From Squalus acanthias (taxonomy: Eukaryota), in NCBI GenBank assembly GCA_030390025.1, contig CM059431.1, positions 125,552,001 to 125,616,000 of the forward strand: a stretch of DNA of 64,000 nt. Direction: 5' to 3'. The notes under the pieces were generated by a model. The model did no database searches, was not told the DNA's origin, and saw only the letters and a program-made list of their open reading frames with translations. Numbering within the stretch: position 1 is the first letter of the stretch; each line of letters starts with the position of its first letter. Both the position numbers and the translations under genes were made by a program. Below, in pieces: positions 48,410-60,786 of this stretch.

Positions 48410-51400
48410 GGCCGCAAATTTAATAGAGCTAAGAGGGCGGGTTTGGAGGCGGGTCAGTAGGGAAAATCGGAAAAATTGACGGCGGGCTGTGATCCCGCCT
48501 CCATCCCGGCTCCACGCTACTTTGGCAAGTGTTGGGTCAGCGGCTCCCGAACCGACCCGACACCAAATGGTGGGAGAGGCACTTAAGGCAGTTAACAGCT
48601 TGTACCTGCCTGGATAATCTTATTTTAACTGCCTGTTCAGATTTTGCAGCTTTTTCTGCAAGTTGCCTGTCATCATAAAAACACGCCAGCTGCATTGTGC
48701 CGGGTTTAGCGAGGACCTGATTTGTTGGCAGCTGCTGTAACAACTTAAAAGCAGTTCTGCAATATCTCTGAGTTTCAGATGCCCGAACTTAGTGCTTTGA
48801 GGTTTTGGCAAACATTTATCAGCTCTACTAATCTTGTGAGTGTTCAAGCTGAAATCCATCTGCAGTGTGACCTCCTTGGACTACCTTCTGGCCACTTTGT
48901 CTGCGCGCAAACAATCTCTATTCCTCGACTGAGATATATACCAGCGGTATGGGAACCATTTATCTCCTCTCATCCTGGTCGTCAGATTTGGAGGAAGAGC
49001 AGCCGTGGCGGCAGCGCAACCAGGCACAGCAGCAGCACCAACAACAGGAGCGCCAACCTTCTCCTCCGCCACCTGATGATGCACAGGGCACAGGGCGTCA
49101 ACGCAGGGCTGCACCTCGTCGCTGGAGATACGCCCAACACAGGGTTTATAGGCAAAGGATAAGCTGCCTCAACATGAGTGAGCAGCAGTATCAAAGGAGG
49201 CTGAGACTTTCGCGAGAGGTAGTCGCTGACATCTGCACAATGCTGCCTCCATAAAGGCAGCGCTCGTGTTTGAGATGGACTCCTCCATTCTCTGCATGCG
49301 CGCAGTTACCGTGGATGCAAACCCTTTCAAAGACTCCTGCACTTGTTCCTGGAGTTCTAGCACTGCTCTCTTTCTGGATGGCCCCAGAGGCACAGCGTCT
49401 ACATGCAGCTGAGCAGAGCTGGGAGCGCCCTGCGACCTCCAACGAGGACTCTCCACTGCTGTGGCTGTCTGAACCATCTGCTAATGCTCACTTGTGAGCT
49501 GTGATACACCAGGTGACAACATGTCACGAAGGACCCGCCGAGGTGTGCGTTTCTGCGCTGGTGCTGGGTGCGCTGAGTCCTGGTGACGCTGCTCCCTCAG
49601 AGGCTGCAGGTTCCTCTGAGGAGTCGTCTGGCTCTTCCTCCTGGACAGTGGGGAGGGGGGCTCTCGATGGTCCTGTGGGAGAGTAAAGGCATGAGTTAGA
49701 CATCTGATTTTTAGGTTGCAGACACATCCTATTGTGCAGATGTGTAAAATTCGCAATTATCGCGATTCGAAATAACGAGATAAAGCAGATTCGTTTCATC
49801 AGTTTTATTTCAACGAAATGCTGTCATGATTAATCAGGACACAGAAGCCTGTAAAATGGCCGCCGCGCCTCGTGGCAGAAGCTTCCAGAATTTTCAGTGG
49901 GCAGACAAAATGGCGTTCGAATAAACATTTATAAGTAATACGCAGCAAACACTGATAAAGACAGGATGCAACCTGTCTGCATTCGACACAATAGCAAAGA
50001 TATAAGTGCTGGAATCATTTTCCATGCACAACTAAGGACCATTGTACTGGGCAATCGAAGGCCCATCCAGATACATCAATACGCAAATTCCCCCACGGCT
50101 CTACAATGAGAGAGCCATTCTCGGGTGATTTAGTCAGTATTCGAGGAGGCCCCAAAACCAGTCAGGGAGACTCCTAGCTGGTTCGACAATGGGGAAAACA
50201 TTACCGGATAGTTGGCCAGTTTAAGGTGCTACCGAAACCCATTAAAGGAAAGAATCACCCCATACTGGGAATTTTGAGCGCCAAGATTTTACAAAGGATG
50301 AACATTAAGATTTGGGCGGGAGATAAGGGCACCCAGCACTATAACTATAGTGAACAAATGTCCATCGGTCTCTTATCTTGCTGCTGGCTGCTGAACTCTC
50401 TTATTCCTCTGATCCTCCCGGGGCTGATTCATTTGAACTGACTTTTGACGCGGGCTGAACTTTTATTCTCCTATGTTGGGTGGAGCTCAATTTGGAACGA
50501 GCCGCCTCAACGGAGGCCAGTGACCGGGTGCACCATCCCGAGGGTCGGTAAACGGTGTTCTGGACCCGAAGGCCCGAAGAGATGAGACGAGACGAGATGA
50601 GAAGAGAAGAAGAAGAATCCACGTGCCACCATGGTCAGTAAACCCCGACCGCGCCCGTAAATATAAAGACCATTTTTGAACTCTACAGGTTACTGCATGA
50701 ACTGGTCAAAGACTCTTCTTTGAAGTCTACCGGCTAACTGGTGTCGGTCCAGAAAGACTTTTCTTTGAGTTCTACAGCCGGGCCCGAGCACTGTCGAGTT
50801 CTTCATGACAACGGGGAGCCCAGCCTGCTAGCCGGAGCAGAGAAGATAAACAAGTGGGGTACAGAGACCCCTTCCAACACGTGACGGTCAGGTGTTGCAG
50901 CGAAACAAGCCGAGTGCCTTACTTTAAAATTCTCCGAAGTATCACGAGTGGTGAGCATGTTTCCTCGATCCTACAAATCTAGATTAGTGTAGGTATTGAT
51001 AGGGCAGGGTGATTTTATTAAGGATAAATATAATGTGTTCCCCTTTTTACGATGTGCCGTGCGTTCCTCATTACCCTAGACCAAGCTTTATGAATGTATG
51101 TATACTTGTACTGTCGTTAATTTGTGCCTATGACATGTACTTCATGATTTTGGACATTATGCAATAAAGATTTCCATTTCGTACTATTCAACCGGGTCTA
51201 TTTGAGTTTTCTCTGCATTACTGCTCTCGCACCTAAGTCCAGTGTTAGAACCGTAAGGGCGAGTGGGTCGAACCACTCACAGGTGCTTATTGCAACAAGG
51301 CTGGCCAGAGACCAGGGCAAGCAATAGTATTAGGCAACGAAGGCCTAACCCCGCACAAGCACCCTGAACCGAAACCCCTTACAGATGATCAAAAGTTAAT

Positions 51401-52485
51401 CTCTATGAACAACATATGCCATTGCAGTCAATCATGAAATCTAAATGAGAGGGTTGAACATCTATTCTGTCACCAGCTTGCTCTGCTGCGCCTGTCTCTC
51501 TGTCCCCCACTTCCAGCTCCTCGCCACCTCCCACGATCTCGTGAACAGCCTCCTCAGCACTTGTCAATGTCGCCAGGGATGGTGGGCCTCCTCCTGTCAA
51601 CACTCTCTCCCTCTTATTGTGGGCTATCTTTTCCTGCAAGGAGGGACACAAGTGGAGTCTCAGTGAGATTGATGGAGTGACTGTGAAGAATCCATAACAT
51701 AGAAGCTTAGAGGGAGACCAAGATGGAGTGAGGTGCCAAGAGGAAGCTGCCTCCCTGTGCATTGTTAGTTGTTGTCAATGCATAACAGTGAGAGCGAGTG
51801 TGAGGGGTGCATAGTAGGATGGTGAAGTGATTCTGTACATAGAGAGAGAGGGATAGGTAAGGGTGCAAGGGAAGTAAGGGTAAGGTGGGATGTGGAAGAG
51901 GAGGCGGACAAAGCAGAGTGCTGGTGATGAGAAGAGAAGGGAAGCAGAGTGACGGTAAGTGTGATGCGATACTCACTTTTGATGATCGCAGAAGATCATT
52001 AAACCGTTTTCGACACTGGACCGAGGTATGTGAACATAAGGACCTAGCGCTGACCTCCTCAGCAATGTGCAGCCAGGCTGCCCTTGTTTACTGAGGAGGT
52101 TTCCTCCGGCCATCGGGAGAGAACAGAATGTCCCTGCGCCCTCTTACTCCCTCCACAAGAGCTTGGAGGAAGTCCTCATCGAACCGTGGAGCAGCCTTGG
52201 CTTTGGCAGCAGTCATTGTAGTCTGGGCCCATTCACACAGCAGCAGAAAGGAAATGACAAAGTGAGGCTACATGGGCCCCTTAAAAACAACTGCAGCAAT
52301 GACGTCGTCAGTGGACAGCAACAGACCCGCTCCCACTCATTGGGCCGGGCAGCGCGCACGGCGGGCCTAATGAGGCCACTTAAACTAAAATCGTAAATCG
52401 GGAGCAGCTGAGACCGGCAGCGGGACCGGAAGCTGCCCACCAGGCAACCCGACTCCAACCCGCCTCCTCCAATAAATTTGTGTTC
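48410..52485 (+). mobile_element. PIF/Harbinger element C with internal deletion; TSD TTA; solo LTR in a Myb-gene intron
   Basis: Imperfect TIRs; TTA at 48407-48409 and 52486-52488; transposase N-terminus 48949-49250 (+); Myb exons on - incl. QCRKRFNDL followed by GTGAGT at ~51975. Confidence 0.78.
49743..51383 (+). mobile_element. Solo LTR related to the provirus LTR, 4-bp TSD GATG (1641 bp)
   Basis: TGTAAAATTCGC...CCCTTACA; GATG at 49739-49742 and 51384-51387. Confidence 0.94.
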
Positions 52486-52772
52486 TTAGGGTCAGCCCCT
52501 TAGATGCCTGCTCATGTAGATTCCAGGATACCTCCGAGGTAAAGCAGCCTGCTGAAAAGACCTCCAGGTGCTCAGAAACCCTGAGACGAGGTCTACTTCA
52601 GTACCACAAAGCTTGTGATAACACAGTGCAGCCAAGCACCACTGGCATTCCTGGCCTTCCTATAGTACCTCATTGCAAGAAGAATAGGTTTTACAACAAC
52701 ACAGAGAGGCACCAGGGACCTGCAGGGTGGTAAAAAAGAGCACTTGCTGTGTGTGTATATATACATACACAT

Positions 52773-52774
<2 letters not shown>

Positions 52775-52850
<76 letters not shown>

Positions 52851-52896
52851 CTCGCTCTCTCTATCTATCTCTCTCTCTATGTCTCTCTCTATCTAT
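52775..52896. repeat. (TATC)n/(TC)n microsatellite
   Basis: Direct inspection. Confidence 0.95.
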
Positions 52897-52921
52897 CACA
52901 ATAAAACCACTTGGTCATATA

Positions 52922-54666
52922 GGCCCCGATTTCGCCAGCCGTGGCGAGTCCGGTGCAGCCGGAGCAGACAGCGGCCTCAAAATCCGCACCCATCTTCATC
53001 CCGCCTCCACCAAGTGATTTTGCCCTGATTGGGCTTGTTAAGCCCGCCCTGCGAGGTTCCCGGCAAATTAACAGGAAGCGGGTCTGATGATGTCATCTGA
53101 TGACGCGTCATCAGCCGGATTCCTTGAAGGGACCATGGCCACATTCATTTTGACAGTTGTGCTGTCAGTGTTCTGCAGCATTGAGCTGTTGCAAACACTG
53201 ACAAGCACTGCACAGATGCGCACAGCTGTACCCAGGCATGGAGGGAGTCACAGCACGCAGGGAGGTTCGCTTCCCTTCCAATGGGTGGAAGAGACCTCCG
53301 CAGGACACCAACGCAGCCTGGTTGCACATTGCACAGGAGGGCATAAGCAGGGATGTCCTCAGGAGCACCAGGTTGCAGTGCCACAAACCTTTCAATTGAT
53401 CACATTAGATCACGAAACGTTAGTGCAAAACCACACTCAACCTCATCCTCCTGTGCCACTCATCACATCCCCATCATTCTGCCTTCCCTACCCTACTCCT
53501 GCACATCCTTACTCACACCAACTTACTTTGCACTTCCACCCATCCCTCTCCATCTACTTTATAACTTCCCCATCTCACTAGCCACCCGTCACACTCACCC
53601 TCATCCTAGTCCAATCATACCAAGTAACAACACACAAGGGTAGGCACTTGGGTGTTTTAGCCAATGTTCATGAAGAGTTTCTGCTAATGTGTTGTCAAAC
53701 ATTGAAATCTTTATTTGAACACTTTACCTTCTTGAACAGTTTTGTGTGCACCTTTGGAAGTGGCTTAGTGAGTTGTAGTGAATGGTGAGACACAAGGGCA
53801 CCCCCCGCAATGGTGATGAGTGTGAAAGGAATGGCTTGGGCATTGTAGGGATGCTTTATGGTGCTGGTGTGGGGTGGTGCCAACCTGGTGCATCATGTGG
53901 CAGCCAGGGTGTACAGTGTTAAGTGAAGCAAATCTGGACATGGTGAGGCCATCGCTGGCATCCCGGGTGGCAATGTGGTCAGGTGCTGATGCTCTGTGTC
54001 CAATGCAACATTAGTTGATTGCGGAGAAGGTTGGTGTGGATGTTGGTGCTGCTGGTGTGACCTGTGATGCTGGTGTTGGGGCTGATCATAGTGGGATTCT
54101 GAGGTGCAAGGTGAGATTTTTTCAAGGGCACCGATGCTGATGGAATAGATGGCAGGTGAGGTTAAGATGACAGAAGCGATCTGTCACTGGTGAGAGAGGT
54201 TGTTCCAAGGAGGTGACACTGGATAGAGAGTTTGCCCCAAACACTTGCTATCTGCATAAAGGTCAATCTGTCTTCCAAATGCAGTAAGCAACAGCTTCTA
54301 ACCTTGGAAAGTGAAGACCTATGAAATGGAAGCTTTCATAGACCTATTTGCAGCTGTCAGGTTAGTAAATCATTCCATGCTGACACAGCACCCGACCTAC
54401 TTACCTGACTTGATCCCCGCGCTCTGGGAAACTCATGGAAAAGCTGGTAAAATGGTGCTTAACGACCTTTTAACAAGCTTTTAAGTATCTAAATTGGCTG
54501 ACCCGCCGCTTGGTGTCGGGTCTGTTCAGGAATGACAGACCCGACACTTGGGAAACTGACAAGGAGGCGGGTTTACAGCGGGATAACGACCCGCTGTCAT
54601 TCTTTTTGATTTTGACAGCAGACCCGCCTCCAAACCTGCACTCTGAGCGCCGGCAAAATTCCGGCC
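52922..54666. mobile_element. Non-autonomous Harbinger derivative with decayed Myb-like remnant
   Basis: TIRs GGCCCCGATTTCGCCAGC / GGCCGGAATTTTGCCGGC; remnant AWLHIAQE...QCHK.F near 53310-53410. Confidence 0.65.
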
Positions 54667-55334
54667 ATGATGTCCAGTATTCTAGAATAAGACTGTTCTT
54701 TGTTTTTTGGGTTTGAGAGGATGTCGGTGGGAGATAACATTCCTTTTATTTCTCCTTACTGAAGCATTGCCTCCTTAAGCAGACCTCATCAAGGGAGAAG
54801 CATGGTATTTAGACTCTGGTGAAAGGGTGCTTTCTAGTTGGTCTTATTCTCCTTTTCTGTAGCCTTTTCCTGCATGTCTCTGTCATTTTCTCTTCTTCCT
54901 GTTCTGCCTCCCTTATAAGGTCATATATGAGAATGCCCATCATGAACCCCAGGGTAAGGGCTCCCTGACACAACATGGGACGCACACAATTTCATTCCTT
55001 GAAACTGCTCAAAGGCAGCTTGCAGAATCCTTTCTTAGTTGCATAGTTCAGGAAAATATTTTCCAATTATTTCAATCAAAGCTGTGTTTCAGACAAAGTA
55101 TGTGCGCATTCAAAGCTTGTGAACTCAATTACTTCCTGGTTTAACAAATCGTGCAGGTTATTTACCATTGATTTCTGCAGATTTAGCTTCAGTGAGGGGC
55201 ACTTCTGCTGGAAATGGTGGAAGTTCTGGGATAAGCAGCTTTTGCACTCATTACCCTGTTATTTGCATGCAGGCACCATTTTGGGGTTGGCCTCTCTTCT
55301 GCCACCAACCAATTTTACTTGAATTAAACATTTT

Positions 55335-55705
55335 TAAAAATTAATTCTAAGGATGTGGGTATTGTTGGCATGGCCAGTATTTATTGCCCATCCCTAGTTG
55401 CCGGTTGGTTACAGCTGAGTGGTTTGCTTCAGAGGGCAGTTAACAGTCAATCACCTTGTTGTGGGACTGGAGTCACATATAGGCCAGACTGGGAAAGGAA
55501 TTCCTTCACTAAAGGACAGTAGGGTGTTTATGACAATCCAACAGCTTCATGGTCAGTTTGACTGACACCAGCTTTTTATTTCCAGATTTTGTAAACTGAA
55601 TTCAAATTCTCAAACTGCCATGTTAGTATTTGAAGTATTCTCTAGATTATTAATCCAGGCCCCTTGGATTACTAGTCAATAACAAAAACACTATGCTACC
55701 GTGTC
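55335..55705 (-). mobile_element. Short bipartite element: tRNA head and 5' UTR joined to the 3' tail of the tRNA-headed LINE
   Basis: 55335-55401 matches LINE 3' end (8881-8940); 55402-55705 matches LINE 5' end (5662-5990); coding region absent. Confidence 0.75.
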
Positions 55706-57574
55706 AGTGTATTTCCGAATAGATGTAACCCTGTTGTATCTGACTTGTGCCCCAAATTCCAGTTCCCTAAACCAGAATTGTACCAGTTTTTTCACAAAAG
55801 ATCTTGGCATTTTGGGGGCTAAACCTTTAGCCTACTTTACATCAATATACCTATTTGTCACTCTACCTCTTTTCTTCTCCTCCTTAAGTCTGTTTAGAAA
55901 ACCTTGCCTCAAAAGCCCCACTAGGAGATGAAAGAAAAGAAGCTGGACACCGAATGAATAACTAATGTGGAAACTGGAGTCACTGGTGTCGTGGTACTAA
56001 TGATATGTCCCTGATGGTGTTGCTGTCAGTGAATCTTTGGGCGAGGGCCCTTAGGACAAAGTGTAGGATAGATTGGGATAAGTGCAATTGATTTTTGACT
56101 TTGACTGGATTTTAGAATAAAATTCACATACGAAATAGACATTACATTTCATTGCACTGTTGGCTTGTGTTCTGTTTGGATGAATACATGTCGAGCTAGA
56201 AATGGGAAGGTATGCATCACTTGGTATTTGAATTATTTGAAGTAATCTTGATGCCAAATGTCAGTCTTCTTTTTCATCGTTGTTTTATGGACTGTATTAG
56301 TGTCCCATTTAGTTTATTCTGGAAAGTATTTTACTGAAGAATAGATATTTCATTTCTTAAGATGTCATTATGGAATTAGAATCAGAGATCTCCTTTGATT
56401 GATATAAAGCACGAAAGTACCACAATCGATATAATTCTGCAGGGGTTATTCTGGTCTGCCGTAAATCACATAAGCAGCTGGAATTGGCCACTTACGCATT
56501 TGCTTGGGGTTTCTGCTGCAGTTACAGTGGGAGACCAGGAAATTCCCGCAGAATTTCAGGGCCAAACTCGCTAAGGAAGTATATGTGTGTCATTGTCACT
56601 GAAAGTGAAATGTGCTTTAAAGATGGCACTTGTTAGTACAGGGATCAACATTTCGCTCTAATAAAGAGACCACAGAACTGCAAATTCAGACTACTTGTAT
56701 ATTTTGTGCTAAGAATGAGTATTGTTGGGTAAAGAAAGGCAGAGATGTAGAGAAGAAATCAATGTAATACAGGATCCATTTTTATACTTTTAGATTGGAT
56801 GCAATACTAAATTGTATCATAGAAATTCACTTAAAAATGTTTAGTTTTATGGACTATTTAACTAATCTTTCTGCTGTGCAAAAGTCAATTTGGCTCAGGT
56901 TAGAAGTATCTGCACATTATGGTTTGATTATTAAAGACCATGACCTGGTACGGTATTTTAAATCTGAACCAAAATACCTTTTATGGAAGAGCTCAGATTT
57001 CTTAAAGTTGTTTGCATTTTCAGCCCTCTTTGCCCTTTCCGTTGACCTCCCTGTATCACTTCCTCCCCCTGGCAAAGACAAGAGGCAACCAGATCTGAGG
57101 CCTCCACTAAAACCACATGATAATCAGCAGCTAAAAGGAATGCCAGAACGGTATGGGGTAGCACGCCCACCCTGATCTCTGTTTGGTGCTTCCCAGACTG
57201 GTATGGTTAAGATCTATCACTCAATGCACAGGGAACTCAGAGGAACTCAGAGGGCAGGAACCAAAAGTTCTTCTATTCTGTCGTGCATGCTATTGTCGTT
57301 CCAATCTGCTGCACCACCACATCATTCTTAAAGCAAAGCACTTTGATTTGAAATTGAAAATTAATTTAAGGTACATGAAGCAAAGAAAACACTTGATCAT
57401 ATAGGCTGATCAAGCAGAACTTAGAGCTGTAGCATTCCTGTCACATTCATCTACTCCCTCCTCAATGAGGAGTCTGTTTCATAAAATACGTTGAATAATT
57501 TCAATATTCAACATGTTCCACAACTTTTCAACTCTTGTGTAAGCGAGTATTTCACTTCAACTCATCTATTTCTA

Positions 57575-57662
57575 ATTTTGATGAAAGGTCAACAACCTGA
57601 AACGTTAACTCTGTTTCTCTCTCCACAAATGCTGCCTGACCTGCTGAATATTTCCAGCATTT
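57575..57662 (+). mobile_element. Penelope-type repeat half with degenerate hammerhead core
   Basis: TTGATGAAAGGTCAACAACCTGAAACGTT followed by ctccacaaatgctgcctgacctgctg. Confidence 0.55.
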
Positions 57663-58029
57663 TGGGTGAAAAATTGGGTATCGCCCATTTTGGGGCGCTA
57701 ATATCGGCCAGGCACAAAGCTTAGCGCCCGGCGTTAATTATCGCCTCCGACCGCAAAATTCGCCTCGATCGTCCCTGGAGGTGATTGGAGCGCTAAATCA
57801 AGCTCTACACACCTCTCTTAAGGCGCTAACGTTGGGGAGTGAGGCGCTACCTCAGAGCGCTACCGAAGCTCAGGCGATGTCAATTACCCCGGAACTCAGG
57901 CAGACTGGCGCCATCCAGTTCTTAAAGGGGGGGGGTCCATCTTGTTGCACAGCCACACCTTGCTCATTGCAGCGTTTGACCTCGGTCTGCAAACACCTAC
58001 TCAGCTGAAACAATTGTGGTGGATACTCA

Positions 58030-60470
58030 GAGGCCCAGGGAGAGAGCTCAGCGCTTTAGGGACCAGGCTTTGGTGGCTCTGGTTGGCGCAGTTGAACGGT
58101 GACGGGCAGTGCTCTTTCCAGAGACTGGCAGGAGGTCATTGCCCCGCGAGTTTAGAAGAGTCTGGAGGGAGGTGGCCCAGCATGTGTCATCGCGGAGCCT
58201 GGTGCAGAGGACACATACACAGTGTCGCCAAAAGTTCAACGACCTCACTCGGGTGGTCAGGGTGAATACCTGCTTTTCAATACTTCTACACCCCACCATC
58301 TCAACTTCACTCTGCACCCAGACGGTGTACATAAGAACATAAGAACATAAGAAATAGGAGCAGGAGTAGGCCAATTGGCCCCTCGAGCCTGCTCCGCCAT
58401 TCAATAAGATCATGGCTGATCTGATCCTAACCGCCAATCTACTATCACAGAACCATCTCCTGAATCTAACAGAATTGGACACACGAAATAGGAGCAGGAT
58501 CAGGCTACACGGCCCCTGGGCCCGCTCCGCTACCCACAGGGCCATGACCGATCCGAACCTAGACTCATGTCCAAATTCCTGCCCGCTCCCCGTAACCCTT
58601 AATTCCCTTTGCTTCTAGGAAACTGTCTATTTCTGTTTTAAATTTATGTAATGATGTAGCTTCTACAGCTTTTTGGGGCAGCATATTCCATGGACCTACC
58701 ACCCTCTGAGTGAAGTAGTTCCTCCTCATCTCAGTTTTGAAAGAGCAGCCCCTTATTCTAAGACTATGCCCCCTAGTTCTAGTTTCACCCATCATCGGGA
58801 ACATCCTCCCCGCATCCACCCGATCCAACCCCTTCACAATCTTATATGTTTCAATAAGATCGCCTCTCATTCTTCTGACCTCCAATGAGTAGAGTCCCAA
58901 TCTACCCAACCTCTCCTCATATGTCCATCCCCTCATCCCCGGGATTAACCGAGTGAACCTTCTTTGTACTGACTCGAGAGCAAGGATGTCTTTTCTTAAG
59001 TATGGACACCAAAACTGTATGCAGTATTCCCGGTGCGGTCTCACCAATACCTTGTACAACTGAAGCAATACATCCCTATTTTTATATTCTATCCCCCTAG
59101 CAATGAAAGCCAACATTCCATTGGCCTTCTTAATCACTTGCTGCACCTGCATACTAACCTTTTGAGTTTCGTGCACCAGGAGCCCCAGATCCCTTTGTAC
59201 TTCAGTACTTTCCAGTTTCTTGCCATTTAGATAATAACTTGCTCCACTATTTTTCCTGCCAAAGTGCATAACCTCACACTTTCCAGTATTGTATTCCATC
59301 TGCCAAATCTCTGCCCACTTACTTAGCCTGTCCAAGTCCCCTTGCAGATTTTTTATGTCCTCCTCACTCACTACTTTCCCTCCCATCTTAGTATCATCTG
59401 CAAACTTTGATATGTTACACTCGGTCCCCTCCTCCAAATCGTTAATATAGATTGTAAAGAGTTGGGGACCCAGCACTGACCCCTGCAGAACACCACTAGT
59501 TACTGATTGCCAGTCTGAGAATGAACCATTTATCCCAAATCTCTACCTTCTGTTAGATACCCAAATTCCCAACACTCATCCAACAAGTATGGCCATCTCA
59601 TAAAACTCACATGCACATCCCACACCTTGCACACATTAACAGCTATTCAACTATGGTAGGCACATCTGCCAAACACATGGCTGCACACTCACTCACACGT
59701 GTCCTTTTTCTTGCAGGCCAAGTTTTCACATAATCAAAGGGAGACCCAGCGGATGGGAGGAGGACCTACATCCCCTCACAGAATTGCAGGAGAGAGTCCA
59801 GAGACTCATTGCGAGCCAGGTCGTCGGCGCTGTGGCCAGTGGAGAGGTCGACCCACTTGGCGACAGCAATGGTAGGTTCATCAGCTTTCTCTCTGGAGGG
59901 GAGCAGGGGATTTGCATCTGATGTGGGTGAAGCTCCGGGACCCAGCGAGCTGCAGCAATGCCATGGGGGAAGGGAAGCTCGGAGGCCATCTCCCCGGAGG
60001 GTGAGTACACGCATGAGTTCTGCTGCACAGGACTCGGATGAGGACCTCGACATCGCGGCCATGAATACGCAGGCGATGAGCATGCACACTGAGCTCATGG
60101 GTGCAATGGCAAGGGTGCCCAACAGCATGGTTAATCTGGCTAGGAGCGTGGAGGAGTCTGCCGCCAGCACAGCTGTCGTCTGTGCACAAACCCTTCAACC
60201 CATCCTTGCCTCCTTACAGAGGATGGTTGAATTGCAGAGAGACCGTGGGGAACCAGAGCCCATGCCGCGTGTAATGGGTGAGGTGGCAGGATCTATTGCA
60301 GCACAGGCCGACGCAATGCAAGAGCTCACTGCGTCAATCGAGTCATTGGCTGGTGCCATCCAGTCTCAGGCTGCTCTCATACAGTCTCAGATTGATGCCA
60401 CGCAAGCGCTGACTGCTGCCATCCTTGCTGGGTCGCCCACTGTGCAGGGGATGGAGGTCACCCTCGAAGA
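58030..60470 (+). pseudogene. Harbinger Myb/SANT-like DNA-binding gene, spliced, decayed
   Basis: WREVAQHVSSRSLVQRTHTQCRQKFNDL then GT; acceptor TTTTTCTTGCAG at ~59717; 3' ORF 59809-60470 homologous to elements A and B. Confidence 0.72.
58328..59560 (-). mobile_element. 5'-truncated CR1 LINE in the Myb-gene intron
   Basis: 303-aa open RT C-terminus (SKFADDTK), (CATAAGAA)n tail. Confidence 0.92.
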
Positions 60471-60786
60471 TCGAAAACTAAAAATTATTAATAAACGGGG
60501 GGAATGTTTGTGGGAAAGTTTGATGTTCATCTTAATATATTGGTTTACTGTTTTGACACTTATCTCGATGTCGTGAACAAGTTTTGTTAGTTTATGAATT
60601 GTTGGGTTTGTTTCTAATTGTTTGTCCTGAATAAATAAGACAGAGTTTGTAGTATAAATAAAACATTTTATTGTCACTTTACAACTTTCCTGATTTGACT
60701 CATTGGAGCTTTGCCTGGCAATAGTTGCTGCGGGAACTTGCAATGGTGTGCTTCTTCATCCCAGAAGCCATCTTCTCTGTCATTTG

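Noticed and set aside
56795..57404. Possible host exons in unique AT-rich DNA (also 9000-9960 and 43570-44700)
   Set aside because: No recognisable protein similarity or convincing splice pairs; conserved non-coding function cannot be judged without cross-species alignment
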